Below are positions 1 through 8,892 of a DNA stretch of 32,000 bases, piece after piece; within the stretch, counting starts at the first letter, position 1, and every line of letters starts with the position of its first letter. The notes beneath the pieces are model-generated. The model searched no databases. It was given only the letters and a program-made list of their open reading frames with translations, and was not told the DNA's origin. Source of the stretch: an uncultured archaeon (GTDB lineage: Archaea; Asgardarchaeota; Jordiarchaeia; Jordiarchaeales; Jordiarchaeaceae); NCBI GenBank assembly GCA_964510585.1, contig CAZECW010000140.1, forward strand, positions 7,814 through 39,813. The letters run 5' to 3'. The position numbers were made by a program, and so were the translations under genes.

Positions 1-104
1 TTTTCAAACACCTCAATTGTGAGCGCATTTAGGGCATCAGGTCTATTCAAAGTTATTTTTCCAATTCCATCACGCTTTTCGAATAATACCACTTCAGAAC
101 TCAT
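1..104 (-). CDS. enoyl-CoA hydratase/isomerase (crotonase) family protein, N-terminus only, runs off the window
   Basis: Minus strand translates from ATG at 104 as MSSEVVLFEKRDGIGKITLNRPDALNALTIEVFE; GxITLNRPxxLNAL is typical of the crotonase N-terminus. Confidence 0.75.
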   Translation of the reverse strand, partial: MSSEVVLFEKRDGIGKITLNRPDALNALTIEVFE

Positions 105-550
105 ATTGTTCTACCTCAACTCATTTCATATTTCTTTAAAGAAGATTTTAGCATTCGAGTAGTACACGATTTGACTAAAGCTAGAAGCCTAATAAGTTCT
201 CCGCGAAAAACTGCAAATAAGCCTTGAGGTCTTAAAAACAAGTTGACAACACTTCACAATGTGATAGCTTAAAAATATTAGTTTTTGGTATGGATTTAAA
301 TTATGGAAGTCTATCTGACGCTTTATACCTTCTTTACTTACTGGAAAAGAGGGTTGGAAACAAGGTCTCTTTTCTTTTACCCAGCGAGTAACTTGCCAAT
401 AGAAGGCAAAATGAACCCTTCTTCAAAGCATAGGAATCATTTAACTATTTTTCGCTCACAGGAGGTAGGTATGTATGATAATTTTATTATTATTGTTTTG
501 TGTGTTATTTTAATTCTGAGATAAATAATGGAGTAATTTTTGAGATTTTC

Positions 551-970
551 CTAGTCTCTATGGTAGATTCTTATGTAAGGGCCTGGTGTAACAATTATGT
601 ACTCGTTTCCCAATTGGGCTATATCCCCATCTATTTGTCGGCAAACGCCCCGTAATTGGTCAACGGCTCTTTTAAGTTCACTGTTTGACTGTACTCTTTG
701 TATAAAGGGTTTAGCATGTATAATGACTATGTTTCCTGATCTCAGCTCTTCAGCTATTCTAGGAACATCCGCCAGTGTTAAAAGGGGGATTGATTTAATA
801 TACACAACTCCAGAATCAACTATTTCTTGAGCGACTTCTTTAGATTCGGTTTCCTCCTCGAAAACCCCAAGTTTTGATAAATATTCCTCTGTTCCCATTG
901 CAGCATTGTTTTCTTTATCTAGGCATAAATTCTCTTCCTTTTTACCTGAAAATTTTTTCAGGAATTCCAT
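551..970 (-). CDS. sepF: SepF-like cell division protein (FtsZ membrane anchor)
   Basis: 139 aa: short N-terminal potentially amphipathic MEFLKKFSGKK, then a SepF-type domain (YIKSIPLLTLADVPRIAEELRSGNIVIIHAKPF...LKRAVDQLRGVCRQIDGDIAQLGNEYIIVTP). Confidence 0.88.
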   Translation of the reverse strand: MEFLKKFSGKKEENLCLDKENNAAMGTEEYLSKLGVFEEETESKEVAQEIVDSGVVYIKSIPLLTLADVPRIAEELRSGNIVIIHAKPFIQRVQSNSELKRAVDQLRGVCRQIDGDIAQLGNEYIIVTPGPYIRIYHRD

Positions 971-1107
971 TTTCGCGCACCAACCTCTTATATGATAAAT
1001 AAATAATGATGTTAAGAAGGGTATTAAGCCGTCTAGATGTGTTTTTGATTATTTTATTTATGACTTCCACACCTAAAAGGGTTTATATTACGTTTAGAAG
1101 ACCGAAA

Positions 1108-1839
1108 TTAATAATTGATTTTTATCATTTCGTGTTTTTTCCCCATCCATTCAGCGAAACGTTTTTCAACCATAAGCCTAAAAATCTCTTTTATGTCTTC
1201 AGGAGGTAGAGTGCTGAATTCTTCTTTTTCATCCATTATCTCAAAAAGGGTGAAGTCAAGGCGACCGGTTCTTAGGGCCCATCGATAAATTATTTCGCAC
1301 CACTCTTCCAGCGACCGCCAATAAATTCTTACCAAAGTTTTATTTTTGTCCCACCATTTAATACTATTCTTTGAATTCATGTACTCCAGTATATCCCTAA
1401 GAGCCACCTCAGATAGTTTGTCGAAGGGATTTTTCTCCATTAATTCTGCTACACTTATCAAGTGTATGACTAGAAATTTTGCCCATTTTAAAGTATAGTC
1501 AGACCAATCTCTCCTCCAAGACTCTAAAAATTTGGGGTTTTCAGGTTTAACGTACATCCAAGGTTTATCCACCCAATCAGGCAGAGGGGCGATTCTTTCA
1601 ACCGCTTTAGGTGCTTCTGTAACGAAATCTTGGGATATGCCGGCGGAAGCTTCTTCTTTCACCTGTTTTATCAGTTGAAGCTCAGCTTTCAGTCTTTCAA
1701 TATCTTCTCTGAGAATCTCAATTTTAAGTTCGAGCGAATCTTGTTCCTCAAGCGTTTTGTCTGCTTTGATTTCCTCCAGAGCATTCGACTGCTTTTCTCC
1801 CCATTTTTCAATTTTCTTTTCCTTCTGTTTTTCCGCCAT
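1108..1839 (-). CDS. ESCRT-II Vps25-like protein with an N-terminal coiled-coil extension
   Basis: 243 aa. The C-terminal part (PW-Y-x3-PENPKFLESWRRDW...NSKNSIKWWDKNKTLVRIYWRSLEEWCEIIYRWALRTGRLDFTLFEI) follows recalled eukaryotic Vps25 (...KKGNLEWLDKSKSSFLIMWRRPEEWGKLIYQWVSRSGQNNSVFTLYEL). The first ~85 aa are charged and heptad-rich. Adjacent to a Vps4-like ATPase. Confidence 0.8.
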   Translation of the reverse strand: MAEKQKEKKIEKWGEKQSNALEEIKADKTLEEQDSLELKIEILREDIERLKAELQLIKQVKEEASAGISQDFVTEAPKAVERIAPLPDWVDKPWMYVKPENPKFLESWRRDWSDYTLKWAKFLVIHLISVAELMEKNPFDKLSEVALRDILEYMNSKNSIKWWDKNKTLVRIYWRSLEEWCEIIYRWALRTGRLDFTLFEIMDEKEEFSTLPPEDIKEIFRLMVEKRFAEWMGKKHEMIKINY

Positions 1840-1861
1840 TTCTATCCCTGAATTATTAAAA

Positions 1862-3028
1862 TTATTCTACAGCAAACTCCTCAGCCCACTGTTTGAACTT
1901 AATCAACTCAGACGGTGAAACAACAGGCTTTACTCCCCTCAAAGCCTCCAAAAAATCATTCCTAGAAACAGGTCGCACCTTCACATTTTTATCATTTAAT
2001 ACGCCGACCGCGTCCAGTTCCCTTATAGGCATCATCAAAGCCTCCCTACATATCATAGCAATATCTGAACCAACGTAACCCTCTGTTAGCTTCGCCAGCT
2101 CTTTAAAGTCTACATCCTTCTCCAGATCAACTCCCCGAGTATGAATTTTGAAGATTTCCTCCCTAGCCTCCTCCTCTGGCATACCAATGTAGATTCTCTT
2201 TTCGAATCTCCGACGAAGCGCAGGGTCAAGCTCCCAAGGAACATTTGTCGCACCCAAAACAACGATTTGATCCTTCTTATTTGAAGTAACTCCCTCCATC
2301 TCCTGCATAAGCTGAGTCTTCAACCTACGCTCCCCACCCACCTCGTCTCCTTCACGCCTCGTCGCTATACTGTCAACTTCATCTATGAAAATTATTGCAG
2401 GCTGCTTATTACGGGCTGCAACAAAAAGTTCCCTAACAAGCTTCTCTGATTCACCCAACCACTTGCTCACCAAAGTAGCTGCGGACACATTGAAGAATGT
2501 GGCTTTAACTTCAGATGCAACTGCCTTAGCAATCAATGTCTTCCCGCAGCCAGGAGGGCCAAATAGGAGTATTCCCTTCCAAGGCTTTCTTGCCCCCTCA
2601 AAGAGGTCTGGGCGCATCATTGGGAGAATGATGGCTTCTCTTAGAGCCTGTTTTGCAGAGTTGAGGTTTGCCACATCGTTCCATTTGATGTCTGGTTTTT
2701 CTGCGATTATTGTGTCAGATATTGCTTTGGACAGTTCGTCGTCTCCGACTCCGCTTTCCTCTCCTGTGGCTATGCTGGACTTTATGGTGGGGGCTCTCCT
2801 AGGCGAAACTACGGCCGATTTGATTTGTTTGCATCGTTTTACGTATTTTTCTGCTCGTTCGTAGTAGATTTGTCTCAGTTCTGGATTGTCTGTGAACTGC
2901 ATGCACCTGAGCAGTATGTCTGCGGCTCTCAAATATTGTTCATAAGCCTGTTTGTAATTTCCACGGTTATCGTGTTCTATTGCTTCTTGGGCTATTTGGG
3001 TAGCGTATTTAAATAGTTTTTCTGCCAT
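1862..3028 (-). CDS. Vps4/CdvC-like AAA ATPase with N-terminal MIT domain
   Basis: 388 aa: MIT-like three-helix N-terminus (AIEHDNRGNYKQAYEQYLRAADILLR), Walker A GPPGCGKT, Walker B IIFIDEVDS, SRH TNVPWELDPALRRRFEKRIYI, and a Vps4-type C-terminus (DFLEALRGVKPVVSPSELIKFKQWAEEFA). Confidence 0.93.
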   Translation of the reverse strand: MAEKLFKYATQIAQEAIEHDNRGNYKQAYEQYLRAADILLRCMQFTDNPELRQIYYERAEKYVKRCKQIKSAVVSPRRAPTIKSSIATGEESGVGDDELSKAISDTIIAEKPDIKWNDVANLNSAKQALREAIILPMMRPDLFEGARKPWKGILLFGPPGCGKTLIAKAVASEVKATFFNVSAATLVSKWLGESEKLVRELFVAARNKQPAIIFIDEVDSIATRREGDEVGGERRLKTQLMQEMEGVTSNKKDQIVVLGATNVPWELDPALRRRFEKRIYIGMPEEEAREEIFKIHTRGVDLEKDVDFKELAKLTEGYVGSDIAMICREALMMPIRELDAVGVLNDKNVKVRPVSRNDFLEALRGVKPVVSPSELIKFKQWAEEFAVE

Positions 3029-3186
3029 TTTTCCCCACTTGACTTATTTTTTGCTAATATAATAATGGGTTAGCTGAAAGTTATTATTTTTTCTCTAGGT
3101 GCAAACCCTTTATAGTGCTGGTTCTCAGTAGGATTATTTAAAGGGGATAATTCTGGGTAAAAGGTGGAACTTTTTGGTGATCCAAT

Positions 3187-3858
3187 TTAGGTTTTGCCGC
3201 CTGATTTTTCAACTGTTGGTGTTTTTGGCAGTCTTTTGTAGGCGTAGTAAAACCTTTGGATGACTGTGAAATGTGTTAGGAAGGCCAGGAGTACTATGGT
3301 CCAATATATGATTTGATTTTGGGTAGGGAACCAGGATGTCAGAAATATGCCTTGAGCAAGAATTGCAACGCCCAATATTGCAAGTCTTTCGGGTCTTTCA
3401 GCTATTCCGATTCCCAGATTCTTTAAGCCGGCAGCTTCTGCGCGGGCTCTGGCATAACTTACCAAGAGGGCGCCCACCATAGCTACGATTCCCCAAATTG
3501 GGTGGCAGTATCCGGCTATAATTATGGCGGCAAAAATGAATACTTCGGTGTAGCGGTCTAGCACAGAATCGAGGAAGCCCCCAAATATTGTTATTTTACC
3601 TGTTGTTCGGGCGACCAGTCCATCGAGTAAATCGCAGAAGCCCATAGCAAAAATCGTTAAGGAGGCTAAAATCAGTCTCTGCCACTCGTTTATGAGGTTA
3701 ACCGGGTACACCCTATTCCCTACAATTAGTACACTAACCACAATGGATAAAATGAATCCCAAGACTGTGATACGGTTGGGAGTTAATCCAATCTTCACCG
3801 CAACATTTACAGTTGGCGCAAAGGATTTTGTAAGAATTTCCTTAAATTTTCCAAGCAA
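3187..3858 (-). CDS. CDP-alcohol phosphatidyltransferase family protein (archaetidylinositol phosphate synthase-like)
   Basis: Motif DLLDGLVARTTGKITIFGGFLDSVLDR matches DGxxAR-x8-GxxxDxxxD; multiple transmembrane segments. Confidence 0.88.
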   Translation of the reverse strand: MLGKFKEILTKSFAPTVNVAVKIGLTPNRITVLGFILSIVVSVLIVGNRVYPVNLINEWQRLILASLTIFAMGFCDLLDGLVARTTGKITIFGGFLDSVLDRYTEVFIFAAIIIAGYCHPIWGIVAMVGALLVSYARARAEAAGLKNLGIGIAERPERLAILGVAILAQGIFLTSWFPTQNQIIYWTIVLLAFLTHFTVIQRFYYAYKRLPKTPTVEKSGGKT

Positions 3859-3925
3859 ACAATTACCTCCAAAACGCGTAATTTTTAAAGGATGTAACTA
3901 GGACTTTATACTAATCTCCGCCTTT

Positions 3926-5554
3926 TTATTGATAAGCTTCTCGTAATCTTTGAAGAAGTAAGCCTCTATCAATTAAAAGTATGAATGAGGCGAGTCTCGG
4001 ACCCTGTTTTTGCCCAATTAATATCCGGTAGATCAATTCGAAAAACCTTCTCGAACCTAAACCAGCTTCCTCCTTAGCTATCCTGTAAAGAATATTCTCT
4101 AATTCGCTCTCCGTAAATTCCTTCTCACCCAATCTATCCGCAAGAATTCTCAAAGCCCTCTTTTCCTCTTCTGTAAGCTGCTTCTTCAACGTAACAGGCA
4201 CTCCATCAAGAATTTTTAACTTGAATCTCTCAGGCGCATATTTCTTAAGCCAAGCCTCAGCTTCCATCAGTCTCCTCTCAATTCTAATTTTATCAATCTC
4301 AGAAGGTTCACCACCGAGAAGACCAGTGGCTCTAAGCTTCTCTATAGCATTTTCAACAAGATTCTCCTTGGGAAGAAGCTGAACCAGAGTCACCGCATGA
4401 GCATACCTTAACTGGAAGGGTAGAACCTTAGGAGGCACTCTAAGCTGAGAAAGCTCATAACTGCGCCTCATCTCAAATTCTTCCTTTTCCTGAGGAACCC
4501 TTTCAGCACCATAATACACCCTCTCCGCTTGATCATAAGCCTCAACCAGTTCGGGAACCCGAGAGAAATCTATAACCACTCTTTTCATAGGCTTATTTTT
4601 CAGGTAAAGATATCTTAGAACTTCTGGTTCCGCTATTTCCAACCACTCAGCAGGGGTAACACCCAAAAAGTCACTGGAACCCATATCACCCATATCCTTA
4701 CCGTCCACAGACCAACCAACCCATTCATAAGGAAAACCAAAAGGAGGCTTCCTCTCAAAAATTTTCTCAACTATCTCAGCACAACTATCACGCGATCCCC
4801 CAGGAGTAGCATGATCCTTACCGTAAGGCTCAAAATTCACATCGAGAAGTGCCCACAAAGCCGCCCACTCGACACGCCAATTTAGCTTCCCATCCTCCAT
4901 TTTTGAAATTCCTTTAGCCCCACAACTACTACAAATATACTCAACAACATAATCATCCAAATTCACACTCAAAATTTCATGTTGACCAATGGTAAGACAC
5001 TTCCCACACAAAGGCTCAAAAGGAATCCAACCCTCGGGATACGGCTTTCTACCACGATACTTGTTAATAATCTGTCTAAGACCTTCCCTACGCTCAATAA
5101 CCCTCCTAACTAGATTCTTCATTCGATCTGTCTTATAAAGATCCGTAGTAAAAACAGGTTTAACCCCTATGGAGAAACTATCTAAGCAATCTCTAAAAGG
5201 ACCCCAATAATGCTCCACCCAATTTCTATGACAGCCAAAAGGATCAGGAACATCAATCAAACGTCTACCACGATACTGCTTAGCCTCCTCTGGGCTTGAA
5301 AATTGCTCCAGCTGAGCACTCTTACCCTTCCACTGATCCTGAGTATAAAGAACCAAATAGTGCTCAGCATCCTTACCCAACCTCAAAAACTCTTCCTTAA
5401 CAGTATTAGTAAGAATAATTTCACCACGAAGACGACCAAGATGCTGCAACCCAGAAACAGACATCCCACAACTACACACATAACGATTCAAGTCTCTCCA
5501 ATACTCAACAATATTTTCCACTGTTTCATCGATCCAATGCCAATACTTCTCCAA
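3926..5554 (-). CDS. lysS: lysyl-tRNA synthetase, class I
   Basis: 542 aa with class I LysRS features (CGMSVSGLQHLGRLRGE; YGKDHATPGGSRDSCAEI; MGDMGSSDFLGVTP). Confidence 0.9.
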   Translation of the reverse strand: MEKYWHWIDETVENIVEYWRDLNRYVCSCGMSVSGLQHLGRLRGEIILTNTVKEEFLRLGKDAEHYLVLYTQDQWKGKSAQLEQFSSPEEAKQYRGRRLIDVPDPFGCHRNWVEHYWGPFRDCLDSFSIGVKPVFTTDLYKTDRMKNLVRRVIERREGLRQIINKYRGRKPYPEGWIPFEPLCGKCLTIGQHEILSVNLDDYVVEYICSSCGAKGISKMEDGKLNWRVEWAALWALLDVNFEPYGKDHATPGGSRDSCAEIVEKIFERKPPFGFPYEWVGWSVDGKDMGDMGSSDFLGVTPAEWLEIAEPEVLRYLYLKNKPMKRVVIDFSRVPELVEAYDQAERVYYGAERVPQEKEEFEMRRSYELSQLRVPPKVLPFQLRYAHAVTLVQLLPKENLVENAIEKLRATGLLGGEPSEIDKIRIERRLMEAEAWLKKYAPERFKLKILDGVPVTLKKQLTEEEKRALRILADRLGEKEFTESELENILYRIAKEEAGLGSRRFFELIYRILIGQKQGPRLASFILLIDRGLLLQRLREAYQ

Positions 5555-5682
5555 ATCACAAAACCCTTCTTAACAAATGTTATATCATCGGAAGAAATAC
5601 GCATTAGTAAATCTTTCGGAAAAACCGCCCAAAAAAATGCCCGGAACAGGTAACAACTAAAAAAGTGTTTTATAAATTCTGA

Positions 5683-5851
5683 GAGACCTTGCTTTGATTG
5701 TGTGGTTTGCCTTTTTCCAGGCAGTTTAGGGTAACCTGCGCCCTTGTACTTATAGGCTCTAAATTTGGAAAAGAAACATTATGAGTCTCCCTTTTTTGAG
5801 GACGCCGAACAGCCACACAAGCACCCAGCCACATAATCAATACAAGGTCTC
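5683..5851. ncRNA. candidate structured non-coding RNA of unknown class
   Basis: Long-range complementarity: GAGACCTTG (5683-5691) with CAAGGTCTC (5843-5851), then TTGATTGTGTGG (5694-5705) with CCACATAATCAA (5829-5840, one G.U). Separate inner hairpin TGCCT/AGGCA (5708-5712/5719-5723). No convincing ORF. Orientation uncertain. Confidence 0.45.
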
Positions 5852-5910
5852 AAATTCCGATTTAGAAAAATTTAAGTACATGTACGAATCGCATACTTAT
5901 GAGTCTTTAA

Positions 5911-6043
5911 GCGGCCTTAGTCTAGTGGCTAGGATTCCAGCCTGCCACCCATCCTACCCCAAGGTAGAAGGGCGAAGCTGGTGGCCCGGGTTCGAAATAA
6001 ACCTGGAACTTTTTGTTCCTTTACGAATTTCCCGGAGGCCGCA
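5911..6043 (+). tRNA. tRNA-Gly(GCC), two introns (5949-5976 at 38/39; 5997-6029 at T-loop 59/60)
   Basis: Acceptor GCGGCCT/AGGCCGC, spliced anticodon arm CCAGC-CTGCCAC-GCTGG, T-arm CCGGG-TTCGAAT-CCCGG. BHB central helices TGCC/GGCG and TTCG/CGAA. Spliced length 72 nt to A73; CCA not encoded. Confidence 0.9.
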
Positions 6044-6082
6044 CTCAAATACTTTTTCTATTTGTATGATTTTTGTTTTTGT

Positions 6083-6754
6083 TTATTTTTTGTTTAGGAT
6101 TATTTCTTCGTAGCAGTATAGGGCTCTTGAGATTACTATCCAGGCGTCTAGGGGTTCGGGGTAGATTGAGATTTTTTTGTCGGCTAGTTTTAGGGTGTTT
6201 GTGGAGAATTCTCCGTGTGGGAAGCCTCCTATTATTATTGTTGGGTTTTCTTGTTGTGCGCATTCGTTCATGATTGTTTTTAGTTTTGTGGGGTTTCCTT
6301 TTTCGGTGAAGATTATGGTTTGGGATGGTTTTAGTTTTTTGATTAGGGTTTCTAGGTTCATTTTTTTTAGGGTTAGTAGTGGTGTTCCTTTTGGGGGTAC
6401 TTTTCCTAGTTTGTAGAGTTGTTGCATTAGTCCTATGAAGCGATTGTAGTTTTTGGGTAGTCTGGTTTGGGGATTTACTGTTATTACGTTGTTTTGGATG
6501 GTGTGGACGAATGTTTGGAGTAGTCCTTGTTTGTTTAGAGGTGTTCCTAGTGCTGCGAGTAGTGAGAGGTGTATGATGTCTGGGCGTCCCCTTTTTTCTC
6601 GATTTGGGAGTTTCTGTACTATTTGGCTGTGTATGGAGATGTCTAGTATTTGGTGTGTTTTTTTACCTTTTTTTGGGGTCTTGGTGGTGTTATTTTTATT
6701 GATTTCTAAGGGTATTGTTTCTAGTGAGGATTCTGCTAGGATTAGTGTTAACAT
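6083..6754 (-). CDS. rRNA small subunit pseudouridine N1-methyltransferase Nep1/Emg1
   Basis: REKRGRPDIIHLSLLAALGTPLNKQG plus C-terminal IIIGGFPHGEFS and SIYPEPLDAWIVISRALYCYE are Nep1/SPOUT family signatures. Confidence 0.9.
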   Translation of the reverse strand: MLTLILAESSLETIPLEINKNNTTKTPKKGKKTHQILDISIHSQIVQKLPNREKRGRPDIIHLSLLAALGTPLNKQGLLQTFVHTIQNNVITVNPQTRLPKNYNRFIGLMQQLYKLGKVPPKGTPLLTLKKMNLETLIKKLKPSQTIIFTEKGNPTKLKTIMNECAQQENPTIIIGGFPHGEFSTNTLKLADKKISIYPEPLDAWIVISRALYCYEEIILNKK

Positions 6755-6893
6755 TTTTCTCTCCTTTTGTTTTGAAGCGTAATGTTTAAAACTTATTTTT
6801 ATGACTTTTTTCTTGTTGAGGCTTGATTAGTTACTGATTACTTTAGGCTTAAATTGGTTGTTGTTTGAAGTTTGTTATTTTTAATGGGTCTGT

Positions 6894-7244
6894 ATGTTTG
6901 GTAATGTAGTGGTTGGGGATTTTCAGATGCCGGCGACAAGGAAAAGGGAAAGGAGGGAAATTGAGAAGATTGCGAGGGAGAGGATGGAGTATTTGATGTG
7001 TTTGGCTGATGATGTTTTTTTGCGGGATAGGGAGAGAGCGCAGCGTTATGTGGATATATGTAGGAGATTAGGTATGAGGAGTAGGGTGAGGCTTCCTAGG
7101 GTTTGGCGGTGGCGTATTTGCCGTGGTTGTAAGGCTTTTCTTTGGCCGGGTGTTAACTGTAGGGTTAGGTTGAGAGTGAGGCGACAGCCTCACATTGTGA
7201 TAACTTGTTTTAATTGTGGGCAGCATATGCGTTATAATATTTAG
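6894..7244 (+). CDS. ribonuclease P protein component 4 (Rpp21/Rpr2 family)
   Basis: Arg-rich protein with ERAQRYVDICRRLGMRSRVRLPRVWRWRICRGCKAFLWPGVNCRVR...VITCFNCG zinc-binding pattern. Precise start uncertain. Confidence 0.88.
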   Translation: MFGNVVVGDFQMPATRKRERREIEKIARERMEYLMCLADDVFLRDRERAQRYVDICRRLGMRSRVRLPRVWRWRICRGCKAFLWPGVNCRVRLRVRRQPHIVITCFNCGQHMRYNI

Positions 7245-7257
7245 GAGCTATGGAATT

Positions 7258-7521
7258 ATGAAGAGGATGAGGAGTGAAAAGATTAAGAAAGTGAGAAGTG
7301 GGGCAGCGACGATTCATTTGGGTAAAAAGGGTGTGACAGAGGAGTTCATTTTGGAGCTTGAGAAACTGTTAAGTAGGGAAAAGATAGTTAAGGTTAGGGT
7401 CTTGAAGAGTGTGCTTGCAGTGCAGAGCATGGATGAGGTTGCCTCAGAGATTTTGGAGAGGACCAAGTCTCAGCTTTTGGAAACTAGGGGGTATACCTTG
7501 TTGCTTGCCAAGTATGTTTAA
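7258..7521 (+). CDS. YhbY/CRM-domain RNA-binding protein
   Basis: ATIHLGKKGVTEEFILELEKLLSREKIVKVRVLKS...ILERTKSQLLETRGYTLLLAK; start trimmed to an internal Met. Confidence 0.82.
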   Translation: MKRMRSEKIKKVRSGAATIHLGKKGVTEEFILELEKLLSREKIVKVRVLKSVLAVQSMDEVASEILERTKSQLLETRGYTLLLAKYV

Positions 7522-7616
7522 TAATACGTCATATTTATATAATCTTTGGAAAAAATGTTTATAACCTGATGACGTTATATTTTACCGTTCTCAAGCTGAA
7601 AAATGGTGAATTTTGA

Positions 7617-8057
7617 ATGTCAACAGTCTATGATGTACCTGCATGGGAACTCATTCAAGAGGTGGCAGAAATTCTCAAAAGTGATCATCCAGAGGTGACA
7701 CCTCCACCAGGTTCCCAATTCTGGAAGACTGGGGTGCATAAGGAAAAAGCGCCTGAAAGGCCGGACTGGTGGTATATTCGGTGTGCTTCAATTCTTAGGA
7801 AAGTGTATCTAACTGGCCCTGTAGGGGTTTCGAGGCTGAGAACGGTGTATGGTGGAAGGAAGAGGAGGAAGGTGGCGTTAGCCCGCTCTGTGAAAGGTAG
7901 TGGTTCAATTATAAGGAAGGCGTTCCAACAACTTGAAAAGGCGGGCTTGATAGAAAGGGTGGAGAGGAAGGGTAGGAGGATTAGTAGTGAAGGAAGATCG
8001 CTCTTGGACAGGGCGGCTCATAAAGTTTATGTTAAATTAGAGAAGGTAGCAACTTAA
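7617..8057 (+). CDS. 30S ribosomal protein S19e
   Basis: VYDVPAWELIQEVAEILK...RPDWWYIRCASILRKVYLTGPVGVSRLRTVYGGRKRR. Confidence 0.95.
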   Translation: MSTVYDVPAWELIQEVAEILKSDHPEVTPPPGSQFWKTGVHKEKAPERPDWWYIRCASILRKVYLTGPVGVSRLRTVYGGRKRRKVALARSVKGSGSIIRKAFQQLEKAGLIERVERKGRRISSEGRSLLDRAAHKVYVKLEKVAT

Positions 8058-8073
8058 ATATTCATTTGAAGGT

Positions 8074-8412
8074 GTGTCATCTTTGTCAGACGAAGAAATA
8101 GAGGAAATCAGAAGGCGTAGGATGCTACAACTTCAGCAGCAGATAGCTGAGGCGCAAAGGCAGGAGAGAGCTCAAAGGGAATATGAGACGCAGAAGCAGG
8201 CAGTTTTGAGGCAGATACTGACACCTGAAGCTAGGAGCAGACTTACTAATCTTAAAATTGTGAAGCCAGATTTTGCTGATCAAATAGAGATTCAGCTCAT
8301 TCAGTTGGCACAGGCAGGTAGAATTACTGCACCGCTAACTGACGAGCAGTTGAAAAATATTCTTAGGCAGTTGCAGGAGAGAAGAAGGGACATTAAAGTA
8401 AAGTATAGATAG
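8074..8412 (+). CDS. PDCD5-family DNA-binding protein
   Basis: RMLQLQQQIAEAQ...ILTPEARSRLTNLKIVKPDFADQIEIQLIQLAQAGRI...LTDEQLKNILRQL. Confidence 0.93.
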   Translation: MSSLSDEEIEEIRRRRMLQLQQQIAEAQRQERAQREYETQKQAVLRQILTPEARSRLTNLKIVKPDFADQIEIQLIQLAQAGRITAPLTDEQLKNILRQLQERRRDIKVKYR

Positions 8413-8434
8413 ATAGATAGGGAGAGAATTCTGC

Positions 8435-8590
8435 ATGGCTAGAAATAAACCCTTACCAAAAAAGCTGAGGCTGGGGAAGGCGGGCAAACAAAATGTTGCG
8501 GTTCCTGCTTGGATTATTGTTAAAACAAGGGGAAGGGTGAGAACCCATCCAAAGCGTAGACATTGGCGTTCTAGTCGCCTTCAGAGGTGA
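8435..8590 (+). CDS. 50S ribosomal protein L39e
   Basis: 51 codons absent from the ORF track because of size: [51 protein letters not shown]. Confidence 0.95.
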   Translation: MARNKPLPKKLRLGKAGKQNVAVPAWIIVKTRGRVRTHPKRRHWRSSRLQR

Positions 8591-8892
8591 ATGGTATGTC
8601 TGAAGAAGAAGCGCCTCCTGGTGTAGAGAAAAAAATTGTTGAGGAACGCATTTACACTGTTCCACTTAAAACTGCTAGATATGTTCCCCCCAATCGTAGG
8701 GCTACTAAAGCGGTAAGAATTTTGAGAAGGTTTATTGTGAGGCATCTTAAGTCAGATAATGTTGTCATTCTTCCAGAGGTGAACGAAAAGATATGGGAGA
8801 GGGGTATTGAAAAACCTCCGCGTAAGATTAGAGTTAAGGCTTCTAAGGATTCGGAGGGGATAGTTGAAGTATCTCTTGCTGCTGAGGAATGA
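8587..8892 (+). CDS. 50S ribosomal protein L31e
   Basis: [36 protein letters not shown]; GTG at 8587 or internal ATG slightly downstream. Confidence 0.94.
   Translation: MNGMSEEEAPPGVEKKIVEERIYTVPLKTARYVPPNRRATKAVRILRRFIVRHLKSDNVVILPEVNEKIWERGIEKPPRKIRVKASKDSEGIVEVSLAAEE

Noticed and set aside
303-524. 73-aa plus-strand ORF (MEVYLTLYTFF...)
   Set aside because: AT-rich, low complexity, no recognisable domain and no supporting context; likely chance.
8406-8421. Short tandem AGAT/GATA run just after the PDCD5 gene
   Set aside because: Only a few units across the stop codon and intergenic spacer; no evidence of function.
8435-8590. Possible frameshift in the L39e gene around the poly-A run
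   Set aside because: Recounting across the line break at 8460/8461 gives six A residues (CCA AAA AAG CTG) and one intact 51-codon frame.
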